Source: a virus
IMG/VR virus record: IMGVR_UViG_3300009093_000036
Location: 1-64,000 of that record
Reading direction: 5' to 3' (one strand)
Length of the DNA: 64,000 nucleotides
Shown: piece by piece, positions 36,713-45,163 of the stretch
Numbering within the stretch: the stretch's first letter is position 1
How the letters are laid out: each line of letters opens with the position of its first letter
The notes under the pieces: model-generated
The model's input: the letters and a program-made list of their open reading frames with translations, nothing else
Database searches by the model: none
Told to the model about the DNA's origin: nothing
Position numbers and translations under genes: made by a program

Positions 36713-39700
36713 CTATCCGAGGATGCCCCGCGTAGCCAAGACAGCTTGCACGTAGAGGAACACCGACAGGCGCTTCTCTTTCCGGGTGTCGAGACGGGCT
36801 GCCCGAGCAGTGTCCCGAGACGAGCGCTGGGCCGCCGCCGGATCGTCGGTTTCATTCGCATCCGTGGTCGTTAGGCCCAAGATGGTGTCGACACGATCGC
36901 CCTCAACGTTCGTCGTGAGCTGACGAAGGTCGTCGAAGTCTCCGAAGGCGCGAGAGTGGAAGCCCTCAACGCCTCGGGTGACAGACCCATCGTCGTCGAT
37001 CTCCAAGTTCGCGGTCCCGAACATGTCGACCATCGAAGCAATGGGACGCCACGTGTACGACTTCAAGAAGTCGTCGACGTCGAAGCGATTGCGGCGGATC
37101 ATCGAGTAGCCGTCGACCAGAGACGAGACCGCCTCCTCGATCGTTCCTCGTGCCGAGATCTCCGACAGCGTCGCCGGCGCTCCGATCTCAGAGGGTGTTC
37201 CAGCGGGGCCCGTGATCTCCGACGGATTGCTGTCGAGGGTCTCCGGAGGCTGCTCGGGCAGCGTGACCGGGGTGCTTGCTCCCAAAGTGACCGGAGAGTC
37301 GGGAGTCACCGAGCTCGCCCCAGAGGGATCACCACCGTCAGCCGATCGAGTCGACCGTCCTGTGGGATCGACGATCACGGTGGGGTCGACGATGCTGCCG
37401 GTTCCGAAGAAGTACGAGTAGAGGGACCCGATGTTCTGGCTGCGGTAGTTCTCGCCGTACCACGGCGGGAACGTGAGGTCCTCCGCCGGCAGATCGACGG
37501 TCGTGCGCTGATAGACGCCCAGCGTCTCAGTGATCTGGTATGCGCGGAACGTCACCGAGACCTCGCGCAACGCCGCATCGTCGCCGGCGTTGCCGGTACC
37601 TGAAGTTGCAACGAAGGACGACTGCGTGTCGCCCACGCTTCCAGCAAGAGCTGCGACCTCGGGAACCGACGATGCAGGCACCGCTGTGCCGACGACGACG
37701 CGAGTTCCTCGAATGCGCCCGGCACCTCCTCCAGGAACGAAGAGAGGCAGCGTCGTGCTTGATGTGTAGCGCTGCGAGCCTGTGGCGGAGGTAGAACGAC
37801 GACCTCGAACTGGACGCACCCGCTCGGAGCGAGCGTACTGATCGGTGACGTCCGTGACCGCTGTGATCTCCCCACCACGGGGTCCCGTAGTTCCAGTTGC
37901 AGGGGTATCCAGCATCGCCACGACGCTGCGCACCGAGGTGTTGCGTGTCCGCCGATAGCGACGAGGAGCTGCACGGTCATCGCCGAGGAACTCGGTCCTC
38001 TCATCCGTGACGCGGCCGTACATCATCTGGATCATGGTCTGGCCGCCGGTCTCGGCCGAGATGCTGTGCGTGATGGATGCCGGAGTCCCCAGGTAGTGAC
38101 TGTTCGGCTGCTGTGCCGTGAGGGCCTGCACGAGGTCTGCCGTGCGCTCGTCCGCCATCTCGCGCTGACGATTCTGCTCCTCCGCCGGCAAGTCAGATTG
38201 GACACCCACACCTTCGCCCTGCGATGCAGCTTCGGCGATCCGACGTGCGATCTCCTGGTTGACCTCCGTATCCGCGGAGTTGATGTCGTCGGCCTTGTAC
38301 TTGTCGATGACGAGCGCCGGGAAGCCGAGCACGACGAAGGGGTTGAACTTGCCCTGCACCTGGAGCTGCCGAGAGCGGAAGCGGTACTGGAAGAAGATGT
38401 GGTTCGCAGCAAGCTGAGCGTAGCCGACTCGCACACCGTCGATCATCACACTGCCACCACGCAGTGCATGCAAGTTCAAGTCGCTCATGCGCTCGAACTT
38501 CGGGATGATGCCCGTGTAGAGCTCGTGGTCCATGAGGTCCCGGATGAACCACGCCGGTGCATCTGCGAGGTCAGGAGGCTCGACTCCAGTACGACCGCGA
38601 CCGATGCTGGCCCCCGACCGCGATCCCAAGATCCTCGATGGCGCCATGTAGTAGCCATCGAACAAGAAGTCGGAGCCGAAGAACGCCGACGACGTGCGGA
38701 GCATGAGCCGCGAGACCTCGTCCATGAAGGTCCGGCCGTAGCTGAAGCTGCTGTAGAGCTCGGGGAAGAGAACGTTGCAACGTGGAGGAGCAACCATCCA
38801 GACGTCCGGCCGGTAGATCTGCGTGATGAGACGTGCCGGAGGATCGGGCTGCCGGTTGCCGGTCGCGACACGGCGCTGAAGCTGCGCGTTGACGATCGTC
38901 TCCATGTCGGCTGCGATCTGATCGCAGTACGAGGTGACCTGCTGCCCTTCAGAAGAGTCCGGAGCTCCGAAGGTGTTGTGAGAGGAGGGCCTTCGCGTGA
39001 GCTGTTCGATGCGCTGGAAGCGGACTGCGTTGACCACCAAGATCTGATGGACCTCCAAGTCACCCACGAACCGAGAGCGCTGGCTCACGGCAAGACGACG
39101 AGCGACACCAGCGGCCGTTCCACAGAGCGAGGCCAAGCGCGGAAGTTCAACTTGAAGGCCTCCGTTCTCCGAAGATAGACGGCTTGCCTCATCGGGCGTC
39201 GTCGACCGTGACTGACGGTCCTTCAGGTCGAGAGCTCGCTGCTTCAAGCGACGAGCTGCATTCACGACCGGCGTGTACGAGTCATTCGTCGTGATCGACA
39301 CCGTCTCGTACTGCGGTCGGTTCGGGTCGACCAGCGCCGGGATGTAGTGCGGCGACGTGATCGGGATGACCTCGTGGAAGATGTAGCGCTGAAGGGCGCT
39401 CAGGACGGCTCGAATGGAGACCTGCCGACCAAGACCTGAAAGAGCTCGGCGGAACAAGCTCCCGAAGCCGTTCGCCGACATCAGGCGGACCTCGTTCTGC
39501 TGCTCGAACGGATTCGCTCCGAGCATCTGCGTGATCTTCAGCCGGAGCTCCGCGATGCTGAAGAAGTCGTTCACGCCTCGGATGGCTCGGGTCCCGAAGT
39601 TCACACCTCCGATGGCTTCGATGATGTGGGTGATCGCTCCGAGCAGCGTGCCTCGCAGGTTCGGGTAGTTGCGAGGTGCTGTGTTCATCAGCCCGACGAT

Positions 39701-40261
39701 GATGTCGCCGTTGCCCTCCAAGAAGGAGTTGAAGACGGTCGTGGCGGCTCCAGTGAACGCAGCGCTGATGCCGCCGCCGTCGAGAGAGAAGCCCTGCACC
39801 TGGTACTGGAACGCGTAGTCCCAGTACATCGACCAGTCCATGCACTGGAGCACGATGCTCCGTGAGCTCCCGGTCTTGTCGACGGTGAAGCCGACGAGTT
39901 CGCCTCCGAAGAGGAGACGGTAGTTCTCGTTCTCCAGATCGGTGTCTTCCTGGGCGTCGGTCTGCTCCAGCCTCTCGGGCGGGATGATGCCGTCGAGGTC
40001 GGGATCACGGTCCTGGTTCTGGATGGCGATGTTGTCGCCGGCGACCCATGCCCGATCCGATGCAGGAGCTCCGCGATAGAAGTCGTAGAAGAAGAGATGG
40101 ACGAGCGTGCGAGGGCGAAGCTGAAGAGCGAGGTCGTTCGCCGGGATCTGAATCGAGCACACCGCGGGCTGGTTGGGCTGCGACTGCACCACCGCCGAGA
40201 TCACGGGAACCTCCACCCCTTCCAGGAAAAGGCGGATGTGGAGCTTCTGGGCGATCGTCAT
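36713..40261 (-). CDS. Large tail/baseplate hub-like protein
   Basis: 1182 aa; N-terminal RLFLEGVEVPVISAVV...CSIQIP and LLFGGELVG...SIVLQC.D fit hub-type (gp27/gp44-like) beta architecture. Ends in TAG. Confidence 0.6.
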   Translation of the reverse strand: MTIAQKLHIRLFLEGVEVPVISAVVQSQPNQPAVCSIQIPANDLALQLRPRTLVHLFFYDFYRGAPASDRAWVAGDNIAIQNQDRDPDLDGIIPPERLEQTDAQEDTDLENENYRLLFGGELVGFTVDKTGSSRSIVLQCMDWSMYWDYAFQYQVQGFSLDGGGISAAFTGAATTVFNSFLEGNGDIIVGLMNTAPRNYPNLRGTLLGAITHIIEAIGGVNFGTRAIRGVNDFFSIAELRLKITQMLGANPFEQQNEVRLMSANGFGSLFRRALSGLGRQVSIRAVLSALQRYIFHEVIPITSPHYIPALVDPNRPQYETVSITTNDSYTPVVNAARRLKQRALDLKDRQSRSTTPDEASRLSSENGGLQVELPRLASLCGTAAGVARRLAVSQRSRFVGDLEVHQILVVNAVRFQRIEQLTRRPSSHNTFGAPDSSEGQQVTSYCDQIAADMETIVNAQLQRRVATGNRQPDPPARLITQIYRPDVWMVAPPRCNVLFPELYSSFSYGRTFMDEVSRLMLRTSSAFFGSDFLFDGYYMAPSRILGSRSGASIGRGRTGVEPPDLADAPAWFIRDLMDHELYTGIIPKFERMSDLNLHALRGGSVMIDGVRVGYAQLAANHIFFQYRFRSRQLQVQGKFNPFVVLGFPALVIDKYKADDINSADTEVNQEIARRIAEAASQGEGVGVQSDLPAEEQNRQREMADERTADLVQALTAQQPNSHYLGTPASITHSISAETGGQTMIQMMYGRVTDERTEFLGDDRAAPRRYRRTRNTSVRSVVAMLDTPATGTTGPRGGEITAVTDVTDQYARSERVRPVRGRRSTSATGSQRYTSSTTLPLFVPGGGAGRIRGTRVVVGTAVPASSVPEVAALAGSVGDTQSSFVATSGTGNAGDDAALREVSVTFRAYQITETLGVYQRTTVDLPAEDLTFPPWYGENYRSQNIGSLYSYFFGTGSIVDPTVIVDPTGRSTRSADGGDPSGASSVTPDSPVTLGASTPVTLPEQPPETLDSNPSEITGPAGTPSEIGAPATLSEISARGTIEEAVSSLVDGYSMIRRNRFDVDDFLKSYTWRPIASMVDMFGTANLEIDDDGSVTRGVEGFHSRAFGDFDDLRQLTTNVEGDRVDTILGLTTTDANETDDPAAAQRSSRDTARAARLDTRKEKRLSVFLYVQAVLATRGILG

Positions 40262-40298
40262 CGGGGCTTGATCCTACGCGAATCGAGTACGTGAAGCA

Positions 40299-40306
40299 CC
40301 TATCAG
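40299..40306. promoter_or_regulatory. CCTATCAG element in a divergent gap
   Basis: Exact 8-mer between the hub gene start (40261, -) and 40345 (+). Confidence 0.6.
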
Positions 40307-40344
40307 CAAGATGAAGGGCACGGTGCCCTGAAGGAGCGAAGAAC

Positions 40345-40809
40345 ATGGACCCCGACGATGTGCAGAACAAGAACCTGATGACCCCGGGCGATGCGATGGC
40401 CGAGCTGGAGCGCACGCTCCCGAAGCTCGATGTCACGCCGAAGACCCTCTTCCCGACGAAGCCCAGTTTGCTGGCGCCCGGCCACCGCGTCATCGCGGTG
40501 TCGAGCAAGGTGATCGGCGACAACTCGTTCGTGAACCGCTTCGAGAACTACCGGCCGGTCGTCGAGGTGTGGGATCTCCCGGAGAACGGCGACATGGCCG
40601 AGGCCAAGCTGTTCGGTGTCTTCCGGCACGTCGAGGTGCTCGGCGCGTCGTGGATCCATCACGACCCCGAGAACGGGCTCCAGTACCAGGCGCGTCGTGG
40701 TTCCGTGCTCGTCACGAAGAGCGCGCTGCGCGTCTACGAGGACACGCCGGAGAACGTGGCCCGCATCGCCGAGTCCGAGAAGGCGGTGCCGAAGCGCTTC
40801 GGCTGCTGA
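40345..40809 (+). CDS. Hypothetical protein, inverted within the tail module
   Basis: Shine-Dalgarno AGGAG, strong codon bias, and its own terminator. Confidence 0.7.
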   Translation: MDPDDVQNKNLMTPGDAMAELERTLPKLDVTPKTLFPTKPSLLAPGHRVIAVSSKVIGDNSFVNRFENYRPVVEVWDLPENGDMAEAKLFGVFRHVEVLGASWIHHDPENGLQYQARRGSVLVTKSALRVYEDTPENVARIAESEKAVPKRFGC

Positions 40810-40834
40810 GCTCGACGAAGTTCCGGTTCGTGTG

Positions 40835-40864
40835 GAAGAACGGGCGTGTGCTCGTTCTTCTTTT
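40835..40864 (+). terminator. Rho-independent terminator between convergent genes
   Basis: GAAGAACGGGC-gtgt-GCTCGTTCTTC stem followed by TTTT. Confidence 0.85.
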
Positions 40865-40866
40865 GC

Positions 40867-42093
40867 TTACAGGTTCAGGCCCGGGACGCCGGCGGCGAGA
40901 TTGAGGGCTCCATCCGCCTGTCGAATGCCGAAGCTTCCGAAGAGCTGAATGCCGGCGAAGGCGGCTCGACCCAGCAACAGGTAGTTGGCACTTGGACGAC
41001 CGACGTTGACCCCTAGCTTCGCGAGCTGGCCACGGGCCTGGTTGTCGAGCTCCTCGGGGCTGTTCAGACGAAGGAGCTCCTGGACGCGGTTGAGCTCCTC
41101 CTGGTCGTACTGCGGCTGTGTGGTGTCGTGGACGAACGCTGTGTACTCGTCCTTCTGCTGCCAGATCGGGACACGCTCACCGTTCGACCCAGGAGCGGAC
41201 GGGAAGCTCGCCTGGTTCTCGATCGGCGGGACGTAGAGCTGGTTGCCGATGCCCTTGTTCGGGAAGGCGAGGCTGCGGCCGTAGAGCGTGTTCTTCGCCT
41301 GCTCGATCGCACGCTGGATCGTGAACGTCGCATCGTTCGCGAACCGCTGAGCGTCGGCGAGGAAGCCGGTGAGGCTGTCCTGATTGCCCAAGGACGACTG
41401 GACATCCGCGGTCGCTGCCGGGTCGTCCGGAGGAACGGTCGTGGGCGTCGGTCCGGGCGTCCGATCCGCCATCTCGTCGTTGTAGATGGGCGAGAAGATG
41501 CTGCCGACGTCGCCGATGATCGAGTAGTTCGTGCAGAACACCTGGAACGTCAGCGGGAGCTTGTACGGGTCCTCGACTGTCTGCACCGCCTGCGCCTGGA
41601 GCATGTAGCCCTCGATGACGACGTCATCGAAGTACAAGTACATCCGGGCGTTGCGTTCGAGCAGCTTCGTTCCTCGCAACGTGTCGTTGTAGTTCTTCCA
41701 CCACTCCGACTTCCAGTTGAAGTTCCGTGCGTTCAGGATGACAGCGTTGAAGGTGTAGATGCGGGGGCGCTCTCCGAAGAAGAAGATGTAGTCCTCTCCG
41801 AAGGTCTCCACGATCTGCTGCTTCTCGACGCGCTGCTCCTGAACGGACTGAAGGATGAAGTTCGAGTACTCGATGCTCTGACCGATGCCGTTGACATCAG
41901 TGGCGCTGCTGCTGTCGACGAGCGGGATGGGGCGACCGACGGCGTCGATGACCTTGATCGTGGCGTAGGTGTCCTTCTTCACCTCGATGCCACGCGTCGG
42001 TCGCCGCACGTTCTGTGAGGTACGGGTCTCCTGCGCGGCGTCGTTGAAGACGTCCTCGAAGGGAGAGGTCGTAACGCTGATGAAGACCGCCAC
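40867..42093 (-). CDS. Tail tube-like / tube-initiator baseplate protein
   Basis: NFILQSVQEQRVEKQQIVETFGEDYIFFFGERPRIYTF...LTFQVF; lies between the tape measure and hub genes. Confidence 0.55.
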   Translation of the reverse strand: MAVFISVTTSPFEDVFNDAAQETRTSQNVRRPTRGIEVKKDTYATIKVIDAVGRPIPLVDSSSATDVNGIGQSIEYSNFILQSVQEQRVEKQQIVETFGEDYIFFFGERPRIYTFNAVILNARNFNWKSEWWKNYNDTLRGTKLLERNARMYLYFDDVVIEGYMLQAQAVQTVEDPYKLPLTFQVFCTNYSIIGDVGSIFSPIYNDEMADRTPGPTPTTVPPDDPAATADVQSSLGNQDSLTGFLADAQRFANDATFTIQRAIEQAKNTLYGRSLAFPNKGIGNQLYVPPIENQASFPSAPGSNGERVPIWQQKDEYTAFVHDTTQPQYDQEELNRVQELLRLNSPEELDNQARGQLAKLGVNVGRPSANYLLLGRAAFAGIQLFGSFGIRQADGALNLAAGVPGLNL

Positions 42094-42101
42094 GCCGGAA
42101 T

Positions 42102-42109
42102 CCTATCAG
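42102..42109. promoter_or_regulatory. CCTATCAG element in a divergent gap
   Basis: Exact 8-mer between 42093 (-) and 42128 (+). Confidence 0.6.
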
Positions 42110-42127
42110 GAAGCTGAGGAAGCATCC

Positions 42128-43123
42128 ATGCCGCGCGCAGAACGACCGGAGCGAGCCTTCAAGGCTTGGTCCGACGTCGAAGTCGACAAGCTCAGCTTCT
42201 GGTGGGGCGTCTTCTCCATCCAGACGATCGCAAAGCGCCTCGGCAGAACCCCGGCCGGCGTATCAGAGAAAGCTCGCAAGACGAAGTTGGGGGCCTTCGC
42301 CCAAGACACCATCTCGATGAGAGAGTTCGTACGCTTGAGCGGGTACGAGGACTCTCGCATCCTCGCCAGCGCAGAGGCCATCGGTATCAAGCTCCAGCGC
42401 ATCGGCGTCGGGAACCCGAAGCGTCCGAAGGCGAAGAGGGCCTACGCAATCACCGAGGAGCAGCAAGAGAAGCTGCTCGCACACTTCGCAGAGCATCCGA
42501 ACACCTTCTATCCGAACAAGCCCGGCTCCGGTAAGACGACCCAGGGCGTCTGGGGCATCGGCCGGAAGCCTCCGCAGTGCCTCGACTGCAAGAGAAACGA
42601 CAGACCTCACTACTCCAAGGGCTTGTGCGATGGCTGCTACCAGAAGGTCATGCGCAGCAACCGAAAGAAGAACATGAACAACCCGCCGATTACCCACTTC
42701 CAGGGGAGCTACCGCTTCCTGTCGAACTTCTTTCCCGCCACCATCACGTTCGGAGGACTGAAGTACTACAGCGTCGAGCACGCCTTCCAAGCCGCCAAGA
42801 CGTTGGACCCTGTGAAGAGGGCCCCGCTCACCTTCGCACATGGCACCGAGCTGAGCTGGAATCCCGGCAAGGCGAAGGTGTACGGGCGCAGTCTCGAACT
42901 TCGTCCTGATTGGGAGGACGTCAAGTTCAAGGTGATGGGGCAGCTCCTTCGCGAGAAGTTCACGGAGCACGCCGATCTCGGGAAGAAGCTGATCGCCACT
43001 GGAACCCGCGAGCTCATCGAAGGCAACTACTGGGGCGACCGCATCTGGGGTGTCTGCGACGGCGAGGGGGAGAACCGCCTCGGCAAGTTGCTGATGGAGA
43101 TTCGAGAGGAACTACAGAAATGA
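42128..43123 (+). CDS. Fusion: HTH-like + CxxC..H..C zinc finger + C-terminal NADAR (YbiA-like) domain
   Basis: NADAR motifs FLSNF, SVEHAFQAAK, AKVYGR, RPDWE.VK..VM...L..KF, LIEGNYWGDRIWG, GENRLGKLLMEIR. N-terminal WSD.E..L...SI..IAKRLGRT..GV and CLDC...HYSKGLCDGCY. ATG at 42128. Confidence 0.85.
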   Translation: MPRAERPERAFKAWSDVEVDKLSFWWGVFSIQTIAKRLGRTPAGVSEKARKTKLGAFAQDTISMREFVRLSGYEDSRILASAEAIGIKLQRIGVGNPKRPKAKRAYAITEEQQEKLLAHFAEHPNTFYPNKPGSGKTTQGVWGIGRKPPQCLDCKRNDRPHYSKGLCDGCYQKVMRSNRKKNMNNPPITHFQGSYRFLSNFFPATITFGGLKYYSVEHAFQAAKTLDPVKRAPLTFAHGTELSWNPGKAKVYGRSLELRPDWEDVKFKVMGQLLREKFTEHADLGKKLIATGTRELIEGNYWGDRIWGVCDGEGENRLGKLLMEIREELQK

Positions 43124-43668
43124 CTACGCCCGAAGAGAAGATCAAGAAGCTCGACTTCACGAAGGTAACGCGGGACGCCGACAAGACGCGCACCAGGATT
43201 CTCATCAAGCCCCGCTACGGGATGCAGAGCTTGGAGATCGTGTGTGGTCGCACCAACCTGAACCGCAACCGAGACCGTACGCCTTCATACGAACGGCTCA
43301 CGGCCCGGGCTTCATACGGTGTCATCGACTTCGAGCACGACAGCGCGTACATCTTCCAGATCCCGCTCGTCGGTGTAGCACTCGACTTTGTCGAAAACTC
43401 GACCGTCTACTACAGCGGGATCCTGTTGGGACGCGACCCCGAAGACCTCCGCATCTCGTTGGACACCGACTACGATCCGACGAAGCTGAAGGGCGCCTAC
43501 AAGTGCAACGGGAAGGAGTGTCGCTCAGGCAAGTCGCACATGATCGTTCCCGAAGGGTACTGGGCGGGCCCGGAGATGAAGGTCCAGACCCTCTACTTGC
43601 AGCTCGTTGGTGCCGAGGTTTCCGTGATCTTGAGCACGCCAAGCAAGGAGGACCCTGACCACGGCTGA
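43120..43668 (+). CDS. Hypothetical protein (MTTPEEKIKK...)
   Basis: ATGA-coupled to the NADAR fusion; Shine-Dalgarno GAGG. Confidence 0.65.
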   Translation: MTTPEEKIKKLDFTKVTRDADKTRTRILIKPRYGMQSLEIVCGRTNLNRNRDRTPSYERLTARASYGVIDFEHDSAYIFQIPLVGVALDFVENSTVYYSGILLGRDPEDLRISLDTDYDPTKLKGAYKCNGKECRSGKSHMIVPEGYWAGPEMKVQTLYLQLVGAEVSVILSTPSKEDPDHG

Positions 43669-43675
43669 GACGCCT

Positions 43676-43746
43676 GCCCCCGTAGCTGAGCGGGAAAGCA
43701 GCGGATTCTAAATCCGTGGTCGTGGGTTCGATCCCCACCGGGGGCG
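43676..43746 (+). tRNA. tRNA with CUA anticodon (amber suppressor), CCA not encoded
   Basis: Acceptor GCCCCCG/CGGGGGC + G73; D arm GCT..AGC with GG; anticodon stem GCGGA/TCCGT with 7-nt loop TT-CTA-AA (anticodon 43708-43710); short variable loop; T arm GTGGG-TTCGATC-CCCAC. Confidence 0.9.
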
Positions 43747-43815
43747 AGCAGAAGCAATCACGTTTCTTCCTATAAAACAGATAGAAGAGACAACCTCTTC
43801 CGGAGAAACACGAAC

Positions 43816-44241
43816 ATGAACCAGAACATTCAGAAGGTCCTTCAGCTCGGCGCCCTCATCGATCGCAACAACGAGACGGTTCGCCGACTTCAAGAAGAGA
43901 ACAAGCAACACATGGAGGTCATCGAGTCCCTCGTGGTCCACAAGAGGGACAACCAGCGTCCCTCGAAGAAGATCGAGGACCGTCTCGTCAAGCAGATCAA
44001 GCGCGCCTTCTTCCGTTCGGAGGAGGAGTACGAGAAGACGATCGTCCAAGCGCTCAAGGGCGGGCCTCCCCTCTGCCGTGCGGACTTGGTGCGAAAGACT
44101 CACATCTCGATGAAGACGCTGGCCAAGCTGATGCCACGGCTGGCCGAACGAAACGTGGTGAGGCCCGTGTCAGCCCTCAAGAAGCTGAGTGACGGGCGTG
44201 AGATCAAGGTGCAGGGATGGTCCGCCGGAAAAGCGGCCTGA
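43816..44241 (+). CDS. Coiled-coil + C-terminal winged-HTH-like protein
   Basis: LCRADLVRKTHISMKTLAKLMPRLAERNVV resembles a wHTH. Confidence 0.55.
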   Translation: MNQNIQKVLQLGALIDRNNETVRRLQEENKQHMEVIESLVVHKRDNQRPSKKIEDRLVKQIKRAFFRSEEEYEKTIVQALKGGPPLCRADLVRKTHISMKTLAKLMPRLAERNVVRPVSALKKLSDGREIKVQGWSAGKAA

Positions 44242-44888
44242 ACTACCCCGGAGACAACCCGCAGAAGGCCGACTCCCGCAACCTGCTCTACCGGACCGTG
44301 ATGTCTTACTGGAAGGCCGCCAAGCCTTCTGGAGACATCATCGTCTTGGCAGGGCATGAAGCGAAGGACGTCGGCCCTCTGCGAGATTATCTTCGGTGGC
44401 CGGCATCTCGCGTCCTTTTCGTGGACATCGACGAACGAGGACTGACCCAAGCTCAGAAAGACTGGCCAGGCGTACGTGTTCATCACGGCGACCTCAGCGA
44501 AGCCGTCAAGCAGGTCAAGCAGATCGCATTGCTGAACTTGGACTTCATGGGCAGCTTCAACGATGACGTGGAGGCTGCCCTGACTGCGGCTGAGGGAAAA
44601 GTCAGTCCACATGGGGTGGTCGCGTACACGTTCTACCGAGGAAGAGAGCACCGATCTCAGCATTCCTTGCAGAAGAACTTGTTCGCAGCTCGCCGTCACA
44701 TCGACCTGAAGAGCTCCGACTACGAGACGATGCGCTGGGTGGCAGCAGGGGCACGACTACAGCGTGGTCTCGTGTTCGAGAACCCTGAGCTCCTGTTGAC
44801 CCATCGCTATCGTTCATCGAGTGCAGCCATGGGCATGCTGGCCATCGCCAACGAGCCGAAGGCCAAGGGGAGTCGACGCAGCAGGTGA
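44217..44888 (+). CDS. Class I SAM-dependent methyltransferase-fold protein (substrate unknown)
   Basis: VLAG loop, VLFVDID (acidic end of beta2), HHGDL, LLNLDFMG, VSPHGVVAYTF. Start uncertain. Confidence 0.5.
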   Translation: MVRRKSGLNYPGDNPQKADSRNLLYRTVMSYWKAAKPSGDIIVLAGHEAKDVGPLRDYLRWPASRVLFVDIDERGLTQAQKDWPGVRVHHGDLSEAVKQVKQIALLNLDFMGSFNDDVEAALTAAEGKVSPHGVVAYTFYRGREHRSQHSLQKNLFAARRHIDLKSSDYETMRWVAAGARLQRGLVFENPELLLTHRYRSSSAAMGMLAIANEPKAKGSRRSR

Positions 44889-45163
44889 CGTCCCTGCGGA
44901 GACACAGCGATCGCAGTGAGGGCGTTTCCGAGATCGGGTTCCAAGAACTCGGACACGGGAACGCCCTCTGCGCGCGCAGACGAAACGACTCGGCGAAGTT
45001 CTTCTTCGTTTGCCGTCTCCAGAAGCACGAGCGTGTTGGATGTCGTGAACCACTCCCGGTCCACGGCAGGATGCTCCTCCGTGAACGCGCGGATGGCGTG
45101 ACAGAGCTGCGCCGCTCGGAGTCCCGGAGCGAGGTCCTGTCGCGAGACCAGGAAGAGCTTCAT
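44807..45163 (-). CDS. Peptidyl-tRNA hydrolase type 2 (Pth2)-like protein
   Basis: MKLFLVSRQDL.PG..AAQLCHA, W....NTLVLL, F.EPD.G...TAIA..P, LLRRLPL. ATG at 45163 overlaps the upstream TGA. Ends in TAG. Confidence 0.75.
   Translation of the reverse strand: MKLFLVSRQDLAPGLRAAQLCHAIRAFTEEHPAVDREWFTTSNTLVLLETANEEELRRVVSSARAEGVPVSEFLEPDLGNALTAIAVSPQGRHLLRRLPLAFGSLAMASMPMAALDER

Noticed and set aside
43676-43746. tRNA-Pyl, because the anticodon arm resembles GGAxUCUAAAUCCG and the discriminator is G73
   Set aside because: It has two nucleotides between the acceptor and D stems, D-loop GG, canonical TTCGA and a 5-bp anticodon stem. tRNA-Pyl lacks these features, and no pyl genes are seen.
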